64,000 nucleotides of DNA from a virus (IMGVR_UViG_3300045988_126550:32001-96000); one strand, 5' to 3'. Shown: positions 18,164 through 28,502, counted from the stretch's first letter. Numbers and translations are program-made. Notes: a model not told the origin generated them from the sequence alone.

Positions 18164-19345
18164 ATGGCATTTGTAAAACCTCAAATTAATAAAATTAACG
18201 CAGATATTGCAAATCTTTCAATTTATCTTAGAAGCACTAAGAAATTCGGTAAGACAACTTTATTTAGAGATCTTATTTTAGCCAAATACGGCGATCCAAG
18301 TTACGGACTGCTTGTTGGTTGTGGCGCAGAAATTGGTTATAAGATGCTCGATAATTTAAATTACACACAGGTGTCAAGCTGGAGAGATTTGGTAGAGCTT
18401 AAAAAGTGGCTTATTGAAGGGAAAAATACTGAGCATAATGTAAAAATTATTGCATTTGACACCGGAGATGAAATGGTACTATTGGCAGATAAGGAAACAA
18501 TCCGTCAGAGCAATATTGAAAACCCAAATAAAACCACAAAATCAATTAAGGGAGCGTTTTCTGGGTTTACAGCCGGAGAAAAATATTCTGCCAATAACCT
18601 AATTAAGCCTTATATCACAGATCTTCAACTGAATGGTTTTGGCACATGGGTCATAGCACATTCAAAATTTAAGACAATCAAAGATAAGGGGTCTCTTGAT
18701 GAGGATGGATATCAACAGCTAACATCGAACCTTGGTGCAGACTATGAAGCAGCATTTGGAGACTGTATGGATGTCTGTCTTACTGGTGTAATTGATAGAG
18801 ATTTTGATGAAAAGGTTGACGGAGATAAGAAGAAGAGATACGCAACAGATGTTGTTAGAAAGCTATATTTTAGAGGGACACCAATGATCGATGCGGGGGG
18901 ACGTTTTGCAGACGGCGCAGTGCCAGAGTATATGGTATTTGATAAGCCAAATATGGGTGCAGATTTCTTAAAAGTAATCGAAGATGGTATGGAAAAAAGC
19001 AAGACCGTGTCTACGACCTCAGCTTTCGCGTCTAAGAAGCTAAACGCAAATGAAGAATCGCTTGAAGACCACGTAACCGTTACAAAGGAAGAAGCAGAGG
19101 AGCTTCACGATATGGGAGCAGTTCTTCTAAACGATGAAGATGAGGATCTAGACTCTCCGCCTTTTGATGCAGATGATGATGAAGAGCCATTTGATGTAGA
19201 ATCTGCCAAGGCAAATTTACGCAGTCTATACAAAAGTGGCACAGTAGAGCAAAAGAATGCAGTAAAGAAAATTCGTGGAGACAAGAATCTAGCTCAGATC
19301 AACGATCAAGCGACCATTGAGAAGATGTTGGCAGTATTTGAATAA
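18164..19345 (+). CDS. AAA_24/Sak4-like RecA-fold ATPase
   Basis: Walker A-like KKFGKTTL, Walker B-like IIAFDTGDE and an acidic C-terminal region. Replication/recombination context. Confidence 0.6.
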   Translation: MAFVKPQINKINADIANLSIYLRSTKKFGKTTLFRDLILAKYGDPSYGLLVGCGAEIGYKMLDNLNYTQVSSWRDLVELKKWLIEGKNTEHNVKIIAFDTGDEMVLLADKETIRQSNIENPNKTTKSIKGAFSGFTAGEKYSANNLIKPYITDLQLNGFGTWVIAHSKFKTIKDKGSLDEDGYQQLTSNLGADYEAAFGDCMDVCLTGVIDRDFDEKVDGDKKKRYATDVVRKLYFRGTPMIDAGGRFADGAVPEYMVFDKPNMGADFLKVIEDGMEKSKTVSTTSAFASKKLNANEESLEDHVTVTKEEAEELHDMGAVLLNDEDEDLDSPPFDADDDEEPFDVESAKANLRSLYKSGTVEQKNAVKKIRGDKNLAQINDQATIEKMLAVFE

Positions 19346-19354
19346 ACAATTTAT

Positions 19355-19381
19355 GGAGGAGGCGGCGGTTCTGCCTCCTCC
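19355..19381 (+). other. strong GC-rich stem-loop without a T-run
   Basis: GGAGGAGGC-ggcggttct-GCCTCCTCC, 10 nt after the stop of 18164..19345. Confidence 0.5.
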
Positions 19382-19409
19382 AATGTTTAAAAATATGAGT
19401 GAAAGGAGA

Positions 19410-19922
19410 ATGGGAATGAGGCAGGTTAAATGTCGTAACTGTGGCACATTTATTAATAGAGACTCTGCTATTAGCGTCCAAAATGGAAAGGCAAAACTAT
19501 GGTATTGCGATTCTTCGTGTTTAGAGCAAGCAACAAAAAATGCGTTAGAAGCTGCAAAGAAAAAAGAAGAATATGACTCTATTTTTGAAGAGACGAAAGT
19601 TATATTTGGATATGATTTTCAGGGATATAGTCTTCTAAAAAAAGAAGTTCAAAACTGGGAAAAACTCGCGAATAGAAATAAGATATTAAATTATCTTAAA
19701 GAAAACGAAAATTATTTATCTTCTATCTTGGCAAAAAAAGAATTTGCAAATGACTATAATAGAATAAGATATTATAGCGTTATTGTATCTTCAAAATTGC
19801 ACGATTATCAAGGTAAAACAGAAGAGAAAGTTGTCCCGAAGGTTGATATGATTTTTTACGAACCAAGCCAAACGAGCAACAACAAACGTAGATCATTGGA
19901 GGACTTGGAGGATGAATTTTAA
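19410..19922 (+). CDS. hypothetical protein with an N-terminal zinc ribbon
   Basis: ATG at 19410 or 19416 after AAAGGAGA. CRNCG...CDSSC. The upstream part of the track ORF overlaps a strong hairpin. Confidence 0.6.
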   Translation: MGMRQVKCRNCGTFINRDSAISVQNGKAKLWYCDSSCLEQATKNALEAAKKKEEYDSIFEETKVIFGYDFQGYSLLKKEVQNWEKLANRNKILNYLKENENYLSSILAKKEFANDYNRIRYYSVIVSSKLHDYQGKTEEKVVPKVDMIFYEPSQTSNNKRRSLEDLEDEF

Positions 19923-21502
19923 TGAACAAAACAGATTTTATTAATGGAGTTTTTGAATTGTATGACGAAAGACTTTTAGAATCTAGATTAACAGAAGAGG
20001 GTAATGTTTGTGGATGTCTACTCAAATCATTACCTTTGTATGATGATTGTGGATTATCCTCTAAAGATTTCGTCACAAAATCAGGTCGGCTTTTATTTAT
20101 AATTGGCAAACAAATTCGAGATAAAAAATATAGTGAGTTTGATGAAATAAGTTTTATTTCTAATACTAGTGAAGATGTTCGTAATAAAATTAATGATGAG
20201 TTTGGTGGGTTTAAGGCAATTCAAAATGTTATGGATGTTGTATCTATTAAAAACTATGATTCTTTTCTAGATGATTTGAATAAAAGTAATATTATTCTGT
20301 CGCTGTATAGGAAAAATTTTAATGTTTTAGAAGAAATGACTTTAGATAACGGTAAAAAGGTAGTTCCATTTAATGTGTTTAAAAAACTAACTGCATCTGA
20401 GGTTATTGATTTTTACGAAGGCACTTTAGCAACGCTTGATACAAAAATTAATTCTTCGAAAATTGTTGAAGAAGGTTATATTAGTTTCGGAGAAGATTTT
20501 GTAAACAGGCTAGTGAATAAAGAGGAAATGGGTGTTAGTTTCGGATCTGCTGGGTTAGATATTTCTGGAAATGAAATTAGAACGTTCCCATTTATGTCAA
20601 ACGATATTCTAGGATTAAAACATGGTACTTTATCATGCTGGTCGGCGCATTCCGGTGCAGGAAAATCAACCTATATGGTAACGGTGTGTATGTCATTAAT
20701 TTCTCAGGGAGAACGTGTTACTGTAATTACTAATGAAAGCTCAAAGTCGGATGTAGAGGTACAGTTTTTAATTTGGCTTCTAACAAGATGTCTTGGCTAT
20801 TGGAAAATTAATAAAAAGAAACTTGTATCTGGGAATTTAACAGACGAAGACCGTATTAAAATAAAAGAGGCACAGCAATGGTGGAATGAACATTATGCAA
20901 AATCTATTAAAGTGACAAGTCTAAGTGATGCAGATGCAAGACTTACATGTCAAATTATTAAAAAGGATATTACTCGTGGCGGCTTTTCAACGTTTCTGGT
21001 AGATACTTTTAAGCTTACTATTGATAATGGAAGCAACGATGCGGCGTGGATGAGTTTGATTAAAGATACAAGAAGTTTAACGGAGATTGCAATGAAATAT
21101 AATGTTATTGGTCTTATGACAGTCCAGCTTGCACTTAGTTCTTTAAATAGATGTTGGATTTCTTCAGACTGTCTCGCGGGGAGTAAAGCTATTAAGGAAA
21201 CCCTGTCAAACTTGGTAATGTTCAAAAAAGTAACAGACATGGAACTTGACCCATCTTCTCCAGTTTTTATCCATCCATTTAGACATAAGCAAAAAGAAGA
21301 TGGAACGTGGTATGAAGAAGAATTTTTCCCAGATAGGAGTAAAGTATGGAGATTATTTTTTATAGATAAATGTAGACGAGGCGCAGATTCTGGTGATACT
21401 GGAATTGCTTATTTGGTTAGATATGATGGGGACTTTTGTTGTTTTTATGAAACCGCGAAAGCAAGACCTACACATAAACTGATTAATACAGATGGTAGGT
21501 AA
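19922..21502 (+). CDS. dnaB: DnaB-like replicative DNA helicase
   Basis: Walker A SGAGKST, Walker B-like FLVDTF and a VQLALSSLNR motif resembling DnaB QLNR. Confidence 0.8.
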   Translation: MNKTDFINGVFELYDERLLESRLTEEGNVCGCLLKSLPLYDDCGLSSKDFVTKSGRLLFIIGKQIRDKKYSEFDEISFISNTSEDVRNKINDEFGGFKAIQNVMDVVSIKNYDSFLDDLNKSNIILSLYRKNFNVLEEMTLDNGKKVVPFNVFKKLTASEVIDFYEGTLATLDTKINSSKIVEEGYISFGEDFVNRLVNKEEMGVSFGSAGLDISGNEIRTFPFMSNDILGLKHGTLSCWSAHSGAGKSTYMVTVCMSLISQGERVTVITNESSKSDVEVQFLIWLLTRCLGYWKINKKKLVSGNLTDEDRIKIKEAQQWWNEHYAKSIKVTSLSDADARLTCQIIKKDITRGGFSTFLVDTFKLTIDNGSNDAAWMSLIKDTRSLTEIAMKYNVIGLMTVQLALSSLNRCWISSDCLAGSKAIKETLSNLVMFKKVTDMELDPSSPVFIHPFRHKQKEDGTWYEEEFFPDRSKVWRLFFIDKCRRGADSGDTGIAYLVRYDGDFCCFYETAKARPTHKLINTDGR

Positions 21503-21577
21503 AATAAATAAGAAAGGAGTATATTGTGATTATTAAAAAGAAACAATAAGAAAATAATTTATATATGGTAAAACATT

Positions 21578-23017
21578 ATGTCTAAGAAGAAAACACATGA
21601 AGAATATATATCAGAGGTACAAAAGAAAAATCCTAATGTAGAAGTAGTAGAGGAGTATCGAGGGAAAAAGGAAAAAATTTTACACAGATGTAAAGTTTGT
21701 GGACATCAATGGCCAGTATATCCAGGAAGTATTCTACAAGGATATGGATGCCCAAAATGTGGCAGAATTAAACAGGCAAACTCTAAGAAAATGTCACACG
21801 AAAAATACCTATCTAAACTATCTAAACTAAATTCAAACATAGAAGTATTAGAAAAATATAATGGCATGTCTGTGCCTATACGGCATAGATGTAAAGTTTG
21901 CGGATATGGTAAGAATGGGGAATGGAATCCTAAACCTTGTAATATTTTGCACGGAGATGGCTGCCCAGTGTGCTGTTTTCCCCCTAAAAAAATCGGCCAA
22001 CCTCCAGAGTATAAAAATAGTATATGGGCGAGTGAATATAAAAAATTAGCGGAGTATTATGGTATGGCAGAGGAGCAAATGAAAGAAATTATGCCAATGA
22101 GTCATAAAAATATAGATATAAAATGCCCAAATTGTGGTAATATTAAATCAATAACTCCAATGCAGTTATTTAAAACAGGACTTAGTTGCTCAAAATGTTC
22201 AGACGGAATTAGTTATCCTGAAAAATTTATGATATCATTATTAGATCAACTTCATTTTAAATATCAATTACAATATTCTCCTAATTGGGCAGATGATAAA
22301 AAATATGATTTTTATATTCCAAATTATAATTGTATTGTCGAAATACATGGAGGGCAACATTATAAAGACCAAAAAAGAGGAAGGTCTCTAAAAGAAGAGC
22401 AAGAAAATGATCTATTAAAGGAGAATGTTGCGAGATTAAATGGCATTATAAAATATATTGTTCTTGATTGTAGAGAGTCAGTAGAAGAATGGATTAAAAA
22501 TAGCATTATGAATAGCGATATACCAAATTTATTACATTTTACAGACAATGATATTAATTGGAGTAAATGTAATATAGACGCTTTAAGTAGTAAAGTTAAA
22601 TATGCGGCAGTTTTATGGAGCAATGGATTATCAATTGGTAAAATTGCAAAGAATATAAATGTAAATGCATGTACGGTAACAAGGTGGCTTAAAAAAGCGG
22701 CCAATTGTGGGATGTGTGATTATACGCCAGAAAAAAGTAAAAAAAGGCAAGGAGAATTAATGAGAGGAAGGACTGTCTCAGAAGAATCTAAGAGAAAAAA
22801 TAGTGAATCACATAAAGGAGTTCAAACTGGTGAAAACGGGACAAAGGCACGCAAGGTAATTCGTTTAGTTGATTTTAAAATTTACGGCTGTCTTAATTAT
22901 GCAGCACAAAATAACAACATAAGCAATGTCACAATGCGAAATCGTTGTAAAAAGCATAAAGATTTTATGTACTACGATGACTGGCTGGCAGAACAAGAGA
23001 ATTTGAAAGGAGAATGA
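21578..23017 (+). CDS. homing-endonuclease-like protein (zinc-ribbon repeats, Vsr/PD-(D/E)XK-like core, NUMOD3-like tail)
   Basis: Three HRCKVCG..CPxC-type modules, YDFYIP..IVEIHGGQHY, and SEESKRKNSESHKG. Confidence 0.7.
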   Translation: MSKKKTHEEYISEVQKKNPNVEVVEEYRGKKEKILHRCKVCGHQWPVYPGSILQGYGCPKCGRIKQANSKKMSHEKYLSKLSKLNSNIEVLEKYNGMSVPIRHRCKVCGYGKNGEWNPKPCNILHGDGCPVCCFPPKKIGQPPEYKNSIWASEYKKLAEYYGMAEEQMKEIMPMSHKNIDIKCPNCGNIKSITPMQLFKTGLSCSKCSDGISYPEKFMISLLDQLHFKYQLQYSPNWADDKKYDFYIPNYNCIVEIHGGQHYKDQKRGRSLKEEQENDLLKENVARLNGIIKYIVLDCRESVEEWIKNSIMNSDIPNLLHFTDNDINWSKCNIDALSSKVKYAAVLWSNGLSIGKIAKNINVNACTVTRWLKKAANCGMCDYTPEKSKKRQGELMRGRTVSEESKRKNSESHKGVQTGENGTKARKVIRLVDFKIYGCLNYAAQNNNISNVTMRNRCKKHKDFMYYDDWLAEQENLKGE

Positions 23018-23268
23018 TTATGTATAGTGCAAAAGAAATTGAGAAAATGAAAAAGCTCATTAATCCAAATAGTGATAAATATTCAGATATACTTGTACAA
23101 ATGTACGAACAGACGAAAAATAAATATGAATTTGCATTTGCTAATTTGCCAAATTATATGGACGAAGATGATAGAATTAAATTGCTTAAATGGTATAAAT
23201 GTTTTGGAGATAAAGGATATGAATATTCTCTTTCTGAACATAGCATTATAGGGAAAATTATCAAGTAA
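23014..23268 (+). CDS. hypothetical protein
   Basis: 84-aa ORF. ATG at 23020 has better RBS spacing. Confidence 0.6.
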   Translation: MIMYSAKEIEKMKKLINPNSDKYSDILVQMYEQTKNKYEFAFANLPNYMDEDDRIKLLKWYKCFGDKGYEYSLSEHSIIGKIIK

Positions 23269-23282
23269 TAGACCTCCCCCTC

Positions 23283-23310
23283 TTGACAAACCGAAAATCT
23301 ATGATATAAT
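23283..23310 (+). promoter_or_regulatory. sigma-A-type promoter (extended -10)
   Basis: TTGACA-N16-TGaTATAAT. Confidence 0.65.
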
Positions 23311-23315
23311 CATAG

Positions 23316-23326
23316 TACAAAATTAA
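23316..23326 (+). promoter_or_regulatory. leader motif TACAAAATTAA (exact)
   Basis: 17 nt upstream of ATG 23344. Confidence 0.55.
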
Positions 23327-23343
23327 TTGGAAGGTGATAATAA

Positions 23344-23769
23344 ATGAGTAACTACACCGCTTACAACGCCGACATTAACATCATCAACTCAGAACTCACA
23401 GTAGATAAAAACAGAAACCTGACTAGCTTCGATGCACTATGTGAATGCAACGGCAATCAGCTTGTGCTTACATATGTTGCTGATTCTGGCAATACTCCAG
23501 AAGATTGGTGCTTTGCAGTTTTGGACAATATGTACAACAAAGCACTAGAATACCTATCTGACGCCCTAACAAATGAGGAAGATGTATTTGTTAATGCGTT
23601 TAGATATAAGGATTCGCCAACCGCATATGATATCTATTATGGTTGCGAAGACCAGTTTGAAACTCCAGCAGATGCAGCAAGATGGGTTCTTGCGCATGGA
23701 GGTATCGAAAATATCGGGCATTATTATACTGAAACTAGAGACGGAGAGAAGACAGCAATTGAATTTTAA
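23344..23769 (+). CDS. hypothetical protein
   Basis: 141-aa ORF downstream of a promoter and a leader motif. Confidence 0.7.
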   Translation: MSNYTAYNADINIINSELTVDKNRNLTSFDALCECNGNQLVLTYVADSGNTPEDWCFAVLDNMYNKALEYLSDALTNEEDVFVNAFRYKDSPTAYDIYYGCEDQFETPADAARWVLAHGGIENIGHYYTETRDGEKTAIEF

Positions 23770-23804
23770 TAAAAATAATTAACAGAAAGGAGGGTGCGCA
23801 ATGA

Positions 23805-24821
23805 ATGATTAATAAACTTAAGCAGATGCTATTAGAGAATCCAGAGAACATTGCCGCCCTCCTTTCCGCATATGATTTTGAGAAGATATCTATACGTAAT
23901 AATGAACTACGCTTTGCACATGATTCAGATGGTGGCGCAAATAATGTATCTATTCGTACAGACCAAGATAGAAATTCTTACTTAAATGTGGCAGATTATA
24001 GCCATGGTATTTATACGGATATATTTAGCTATATCATTCAAGAGCGTGGAGTGACGTTTAAGGATGTTCTGACAACAACTAAGAATATTTTAGGACTTGA
24101 TGAACATTGGACTGCGCCAAGTAAATGTAGACCTCTGTTCGGAGGAATTTACCAACGAATCATTAATAAAACTTCTCCAGAACCAAAGGTATATCCAGAA
24201 GAAATCTTGAAGCAGTATGTTCAAATTGGAAATGAACTTTGGCTTAAAGACGGAATAAGTCTTGAAGTGCAGAGAGAATTTGATGTGTGTTTTTCTCCAG
24301 AAGATAATGCAATAATTTTTCCATGGAGAGATGCAAAAGACGATATTATCGCAATTAAATCAAGATATAATGGTACGCCACCAGAAGGTATGAGCAAATA
24401 TTTTTATCCTGTAGGCGGCAATATATCAAGCAGCCTATATGGATATAGTCACAATTATCAATACTTATATGGTAATGATGTTGTAATTACAGAAGCGGAA
24501 AAGAGTTGCCTTCAAGGTTGTACATTTAAATACAGAAATATTGTTGCGATTGGTTCTAATAATCTGAGTGAAGCACAGGCGAAGTTAATATTGCAATTAC
24601 AACCAAAAAGAATTATTATGGCACTCGACGAAGGTTTGGAGTTTGAGCAAGTAAAAAAGAATTTAGACTTATTAAAATCACTTGCTACAATGAGGCAAGT
24701 GGAACTTTACTATTGGGATAGCACATTAGATTTGGACATTCCATCTAAAGCATCTCCTACGGATATGGGAGTAGAAAAATTCAATGAAATAATGCAGGAA
24801 CAGCTTGTAGAATATACTTGA
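23805..24821 (+). CDS. TOPRIM-domain primase-like protein
   Basis: TOPRIM-like VVITEAEKS and IIMALDEG motifs. Close to the helicase gene. Confidence 0.65.
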   Translation: MINKLKQMLLENPENIAALLSAYDFEKISIRNNELRFAHDSDGGANNVSIRTDQDRNSYLNVADYSHGIYTDIFSYIIQERGVTFKDVLTTTKNILGLDEHWTAPSKCRPLFGGIYQRIINKTSPEPKVYPEEILKQYVQIGNELWLKDGISLEVQREFDVCFSPEDNAIIFPWRDAKDDIIAIKSRYNGTPPEGMSKYFYPVGGNISSSLYGYSHNYQYLYGNDVVITEAEKSCLQGCTFKYRNIVAIGSNNLSEAQAKLILQLQPKRIIMALDEGLEFEQVKKNLDLLKSLATMRQVELYYWDSTLDLDIPSKASPTDMGVEKFNEIMQEQLVEYT

Positions 24822-24845
24822 CAAACTAGTATTTTATGTTATAAT
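24818..24845 (+). promoter_or_regulatory. sigma-A-type promoter (extended -10)
   Basis: TTGACA-N16-TGtTATAAT. Confidence 0.65.
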
Positions 24846-24850
24846 GACAA

Positions 24851-24861
24851 TACAAAATTAA
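24851..24861 (+). promoter_or_regulatory. leader motif TACAAAATTAA (exact)
   Basis: 13 nt upstream of ATG 24875. Confidence 0.55.
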
Positions 24862-24874
24862 AGGAGAAATAATT

Positions 24875-25051
24875 ATGACACCTGAAGAATTCGCTAAAAA
24901 GGCGCAGGAAATTTATGACAAGCATGAAGGTTACGCAGGAGAAGATGGTCATATTGATATAGATCGTCTTATGATTAAATGTCTTGAAAACTTAGGTTAT
25001 AAAGATGGATGTGATATTTTGTGGAGTATGTCTAGTATTTGGTATTCATAA
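24875..25051 (+). CDS. small hypothetical protein (58 aa)
   Basis: AAAGGAGA RBS directly after a leader motif. Below the track cut-off. Confidence 0.45.
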   Translation: MTPEEFAKKAQEIYDKHEGYAGEDGHIDIDRLMIKCLENLGYKDGCDILWSMSSIWYS

Positions 25052-25070
25052 AAATAAGGGAGAATTAATT

Positions 25071-25328
25071 ATGAAATTATTTAAACAAGAAAAGTGTCCA
25101 ATTTGCGATTATAAAATCTCTAGTTGCCAGTGTCTATATGGTGGCAGTGCCCATCCAGATAGATCGAAACGTATTGATGTAGTTTTTGATCATCTGTATC
25201 TATTTAGCAAAAAGCAAATTAAGCATCTGATTGAACTGCAAAAATATTGGCAAATCAGTTATGGAGATAGTGATAAAGAAAATATTAAAAATGATATGGT
25301 TCAAGAATATGAATATAGAGAGGGCTAA
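25071..25328 (+). CDS. hypothetical protein (CxxC...C.C)
   Basis: Internal ATG with a GGGAGA RBS. Confidence 0.6.
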   Translation: MKLFKQEKCPICDYKISSCQCLYGGSAHPDRSKRIDVVFDHLYLFSKKQIKHLIELQKYWQISYGDSDKENIKNDMVQEYEYREG

Positions 25329-25330
25329 TT

Positions 25331-25660
25331 ATGCTGACACAAGAACAATACCAAGCATACGTAGATGCTGTTGATAAGTTTGATAAATATATCCGAGAAC
25401 ATCCAGAAGTCATAGAAGAGGCTGCGCGTAAGTATGCAGAGCAGCTTGTTGACGTTAGGGATGTCTCACTTGGAGATAAAGTTCCGTTTGTAGGATATGT
25501 TCAAGACAGCCCAGTGGTCGTAGGGAACGCTCTTCACGAGCTGGCAGGGCAGTTTACAAGAGATTGTCATAAGTGCGTCTACGAAGTTGGATGTCATGGC
25601 AATCCAGTAGGTTGCAAGGACTATAAGAGAGATGCTCCCGATGGAGGTTATTATGGATAA
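25331..25660 (+). CDS. hypothetical protein
   Basis: 109-aa ORF, tightly packed. Confidence 0.65.
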   Translation: MLTQEQYQAYVDAVDKFDKYIREHPEVIEEAARKYAEQLVDVRDVSLGDKVPFVGYVQDSPVVVGNALHELAGQFTRDCHKCVYEVGCHGNPVGCKDYKRDAPDGGYYG

Positions 25661-25681
25661 TATCACCAAGGAGAATGAATT

Positions 25682-25954
25682 ATGTTGATGAAAATTGCAC
25701 ACCACAATGATGGTAAAGAAAAATGGCAATCACATACCTGTTATTTGTTTAATGATGCTGACGAACATCATAATTTTGATATAACAAACGTTTACGGACA
25801 TGGTGAAACAAAAGAAGAAGCAATAGAAAATCTCAAGAAAGAACTTGAATATTATTTTAATGAACTTAATGCATTGGAAAAGATGCTTTACGAAACAGAT
25901 GCACTTGATAATGATATTGTTGAAGTTGATTGTCTAGGGAGGAAAATTGAATGA
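25682..25954 (+). CDS. hypothetical protein
   Basis: 90-aa ORF with an AAGGAGA RBS. Confidence 0.6.
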   Translation: MLMKIAHHNDGKEKWQSHTCYLFNDADEHHNFDITNVYGHGETKEEAIENLKKELEYYFNELNALEKMLYETDALDNDIVEVDCLGRKIE

Positions 25955-26145
25955 GCGATATTAAAAATTTAAAGTGCTATTGTTGCAAATGCTATGATAG
26001 TTTTGATGGGTGTACAGCATGGTCATGCAAAGATGACTTTGAGATTAGTATTGATAAAATCAAGCAGGTGTCGAAGATTATGGACTTAAGTATTGCAGAC
26101 ATTACTGCGTTGATTGACTTTGAACGAAGAGGTGGTAGCAGATGA
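25951..26145 (+). CDS. hypothetical protein
   Basis: ATGA overlap. Cys-rich N-terminus. Confidence 0.55.
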   Translation: MSDIKNLKCYCCKCYDSFDGCTAWSCKDDFEISIDKIKQVSKIMDLSIADITALIDFERRGGSR

Positions 26146-26555
26146 ATTATATTATTGCCGCACTTATTGGTATTGTGGCATGGCAAATTATTTCTTTTAT
26201 TGCTTATGAAATCAGCAAAGAGAATGAAGATGTGTTGGAGGTGTTGACACTTGGGTTAGTTGCATTTCCTGTAGGATTTGTTAACTGGATTTACAGAGTA
26301 ATCCGTTTCAAGTGGTGTAAAATGTATCTTAATGGTTATAGATTTTTCATTAATGACACGGGTTCTTGTGTATATTACATGACTGACAAACAAGCAAAGA
26401 AACTTTACAGTAAGGGTGAAAATGATCATTATATTGTAAAATGTTCAGAGGGGCGTAATTGGAAATCTCCTCCTCACAAAAGTGAAATTTACAAGGGGCA
26501 AGAAGTATTCCATGGCATTTATGTGAAAAAGTATTGGAAGGAGCAATCGGTATGA
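26142..26555 (+). CDS. hypothetical membrane protein
   Basis: ATGA overlap. Two N-terminal hydrophobic helices. Confidence 0.65.
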   Translation: MNYIIAALIGIVAWQIISFIAYEISKENEDVLEVLTLGLVAFPVGFVNWIYRVIRFKWCKMYLNGYRFFINDTGSCVYYMTDKQAKKLYSKGENDHYIVKCSEGRNWKSPPHKSEIYKGQEVFHGIYVKKYWKEQSV

Positions 26556-26875
26556 CAAATGAAGAAATCCTTGCAAAGATTGCTGAGCTAGGAGACCTAA
26601 AAGACAAGCCGGTAACATGGGGAGATTTACTTGAAACCTTGTGTGCTATGAGTACTGAAATTATGGAAACAATCAAAATTGCAGATGAGTGTCAAGACAA
26701 GGTTGTTGATAGCTTAGGTGAACATGTATTGAAACTATATAACGAAGCTGAATATCGACGCATGCGTAGTATGGCATTTGTTCTCGCTATTACTGGGCAT
26801 ACAGATTCAACTAAATGGTATCCTATTTATGAGGAGTTTTGCAAGGAGTATGATAAGTTAAATAGAAAGGAATGA
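26552..26875 (+). CDS. hypothetical protein
   Basis: Internal ATG with a GGAAGGAG RBS. Confidence 0.6.
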   Translation: MTNEEILAKIAELGDLKDKPVTWGDLLETLCAMSTEIMETIKIADECQDKVVDSLGEHVLKLYNEAEYRRMRSMAFVLAITGHTDSTKWYPIYEEFCKEYDKLNRKE

Positions 26876-26881
26876 CATGTG

Positions 26882-27283
26882 ATGGGATTGGACAATGGCA
26901 TTCTGTTAAAAGTCAAAAATGAAAAGGATTATGAAAAGGCGCACCGCCTATTTAATCATGAATCTTGGTATGACGCAGATGAATGTTCTGTTTGTTACTG
27001 GAGAAAATGCTATGGCATCAGAAATGCAATTCTACGAGTGGTAGATCCGACCATTACAAATGAGTATGAGTATCCTGTGACACTTGATAATATTGATGAT
27101 ATCATCAAGACATTTAAGTACTTTCTACATAAGAAAGAATGGGAAGAGGAAGCGGATACAATCTGGGAGTGGGACGAAAATACGAGACGTAATCAAGCAA
27201 GGAATTTAAGAGGATTGCGATGTTTGCGGCGTTGGCTCAGGAGACACCCAGATGATACTGCGTATTTTTATGACAGTTATTAA
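26882..27283 (+). CDS. hypothetical protein
   Basis: ATG at 26882 (or GTG at 26879). Basic C-terminus. Confidence 0.65.
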   Translation: MGLDNGILLKVKNEKDYEKAHRLFNHESWYDADECSVCYWRKCYGIRNAILRVVDPTITNEYEYPVTLDNIDDIIKTFKYFLHKKEWEEEADTIWEWDENTRRNQARNLRGLRCLRRWLRRHPDDTAYFYDSY

Positions 27284-27293
27284 GGAGGGCAAT

Positions 27294-27542
27294 ATGGCAG
27301 AAAAAGATCAATTGTTGCAGAATATTTTATCACGTGTGGGACAATTTGAATATAATTTCGGATATGATTCTGTTAAGGCAATTTTTGTAAATGATTATGC
27401 ATGGAAGCTGATTACAACGTACCGCATATATGAAATGCAATATTTCAATGGTGGTTATGGATGTGTCGGTAGGCTTTATGGATATTTAACGTACAGATAT
27501 CATGACGATAAGAATGCGCCAGATTTTTATATTGGCGTATAA
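27294..27542 (+). CDS. hypothetical protein
   Basis: Internal ATG with an AAGGAGGG RBS. The C-terminus APDFYIGV resembles that of 28251..28502 (TPEYYFGIR). Confidence 0.6.
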   Translation: MAEKDQLLQNILSRVGQFEYNFGYDSVKAIFVNDYAWKLITTYRIYEMQYFNGGYGCVGRLYGYLTYRYHDDKNAPDFYIGV

Positions 27543-27545
27543 CAG

Positions 27546-27556
27546 CACGAAATTAA
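27546..27556 (+). promoter_or_regulatory. leader-motif variant CACGAAATTAA
   Basis: 12 nt upstream of ATG 27569. Confidence 0.35.
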
Positions 27557-27568
27557 TGAGGTGATATT

Positions 27569-27799
27569 ATGAAAAATGAAAAGCCTACGCGTTGTATTGA
27601 TCCTGTCATAAAGTATTGTCAGAGCTGCGAATATGGCTGGATGTCGTATCCAGATTGGGTTGAAACGGTAGGAGACCTTGATGGATGTTGCTTCGATTCT
27701 GGTTGCATATATGGGCTAGAAAATACTCAACCCACGGAGGAAGAGCTTGCAGAGTTTTATAGATGGGTTGATAAGTGGAATAAGGAAGTAGTTTTATGA
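27569..27799 (+). CDS. hypothetical Cys-rich protein
   Basis: 76-aa ORF with a GAGGTG RBS. Confidence 0.6.
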   Translation: MKNEKPTRCIDPVIKYCQSCEYGWMSYPDWVETVGDLDGCCFDSGCIYGLENTQPTEEELAEFYRWVDKWNKEVVL

Positions 27800-28236
27800 A
27801 TACTCTAAACATTGAAGCCAAGCTTGCGCAAAAATATGGGTATAAACCATTGCCAAAAGACTTGTCGAAAAAATATAGACAGTTTTATATTGATAATCTT
27901 CCTGAAAGATTTATCATAGGTGGTTCAGATGATACCTTATGTACTAAGAATGGCACAGTTGTATGTAATGGTTATACTCGTATTGTCGTTGGTGACTATG
28001 GGGCGTTTATAGAATTTGATAAAGAACAAGCAAACTTTGATAAATATATTATTGCTCCAGGACAGGAATATAGGGTCAATGATCCAAAGTATTCAAAGAA
28101 TGTAAAATACATTTGGATGACTATTACCGATGGAAGCAATATTAAAATATATAAACAGAAGAAAAAAGTGGCTTATGCAGATTACAGAAGCGGAATGTTT
28201 TATATTAGCCCACATGAGTGTGTAATACAAAATTAA
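27796..28236 (+). CDS. hypothetical protein
   Basis: ATGA overlap. The last codons (IQN-stop) are supplied by a leader-motif copy. Confidence 0.65.
   Translation: MNTLNIEAKLAQKYGYKPLPKDLSKKYRQFYIDNLPERFIIGGSDDTLCTKNGTVVCNGYTRIVVGDYGAFIEFDKEQANFDKYIIAPGQEYRVNDPKYSKNVKYIWMTITDGSNIKIYKQKKKVAYADYRSGMFYISPHECVIQN
28226..28236 (+). promoter_or_regulatory. leader motif TACAAAATTAA (exact)
   Basis: 14 nt upstream of ATG 28251. Overlaps the last codons and the stop of the upstream ORF. Confidence 0.55.
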
Positions 28237-28250
28237 TGGATGTGATATGA

Positions 28251-28502
28251 ATGAAGAAAATGAATGAGAATAGTTTTGTGTTGGAGCTTTATTATAAGAT
28301 TTTGTTTTATGAGAGCAAGTATGGTGAAGGATTTATCGAAAAGATATTTATGAATGGGAAAGCTCTTTCGATGTGTCAGGCTTCTCCACGGTTTATGTTT
28401 TGTAATACAGGAGAAGGAATAACCTATATGTTTGTTGGAATTTCAGTAGAGGTATATTCAGATAAGAAAGATACTCCTGAGTATTATTTTGGGATTAGGT
28501 GA
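28251..28502 (+). CDS. hypothetical protein
   Basis: 83-aa ORF. Confidence 0.6.
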   Translation: MKKMNENSFVLELYYKILFYESKYGEGFIEKIFMNGKALSMCQASPRFMFCNTGEGITYMFVGISVEVYSDKKDTPEYYFGIR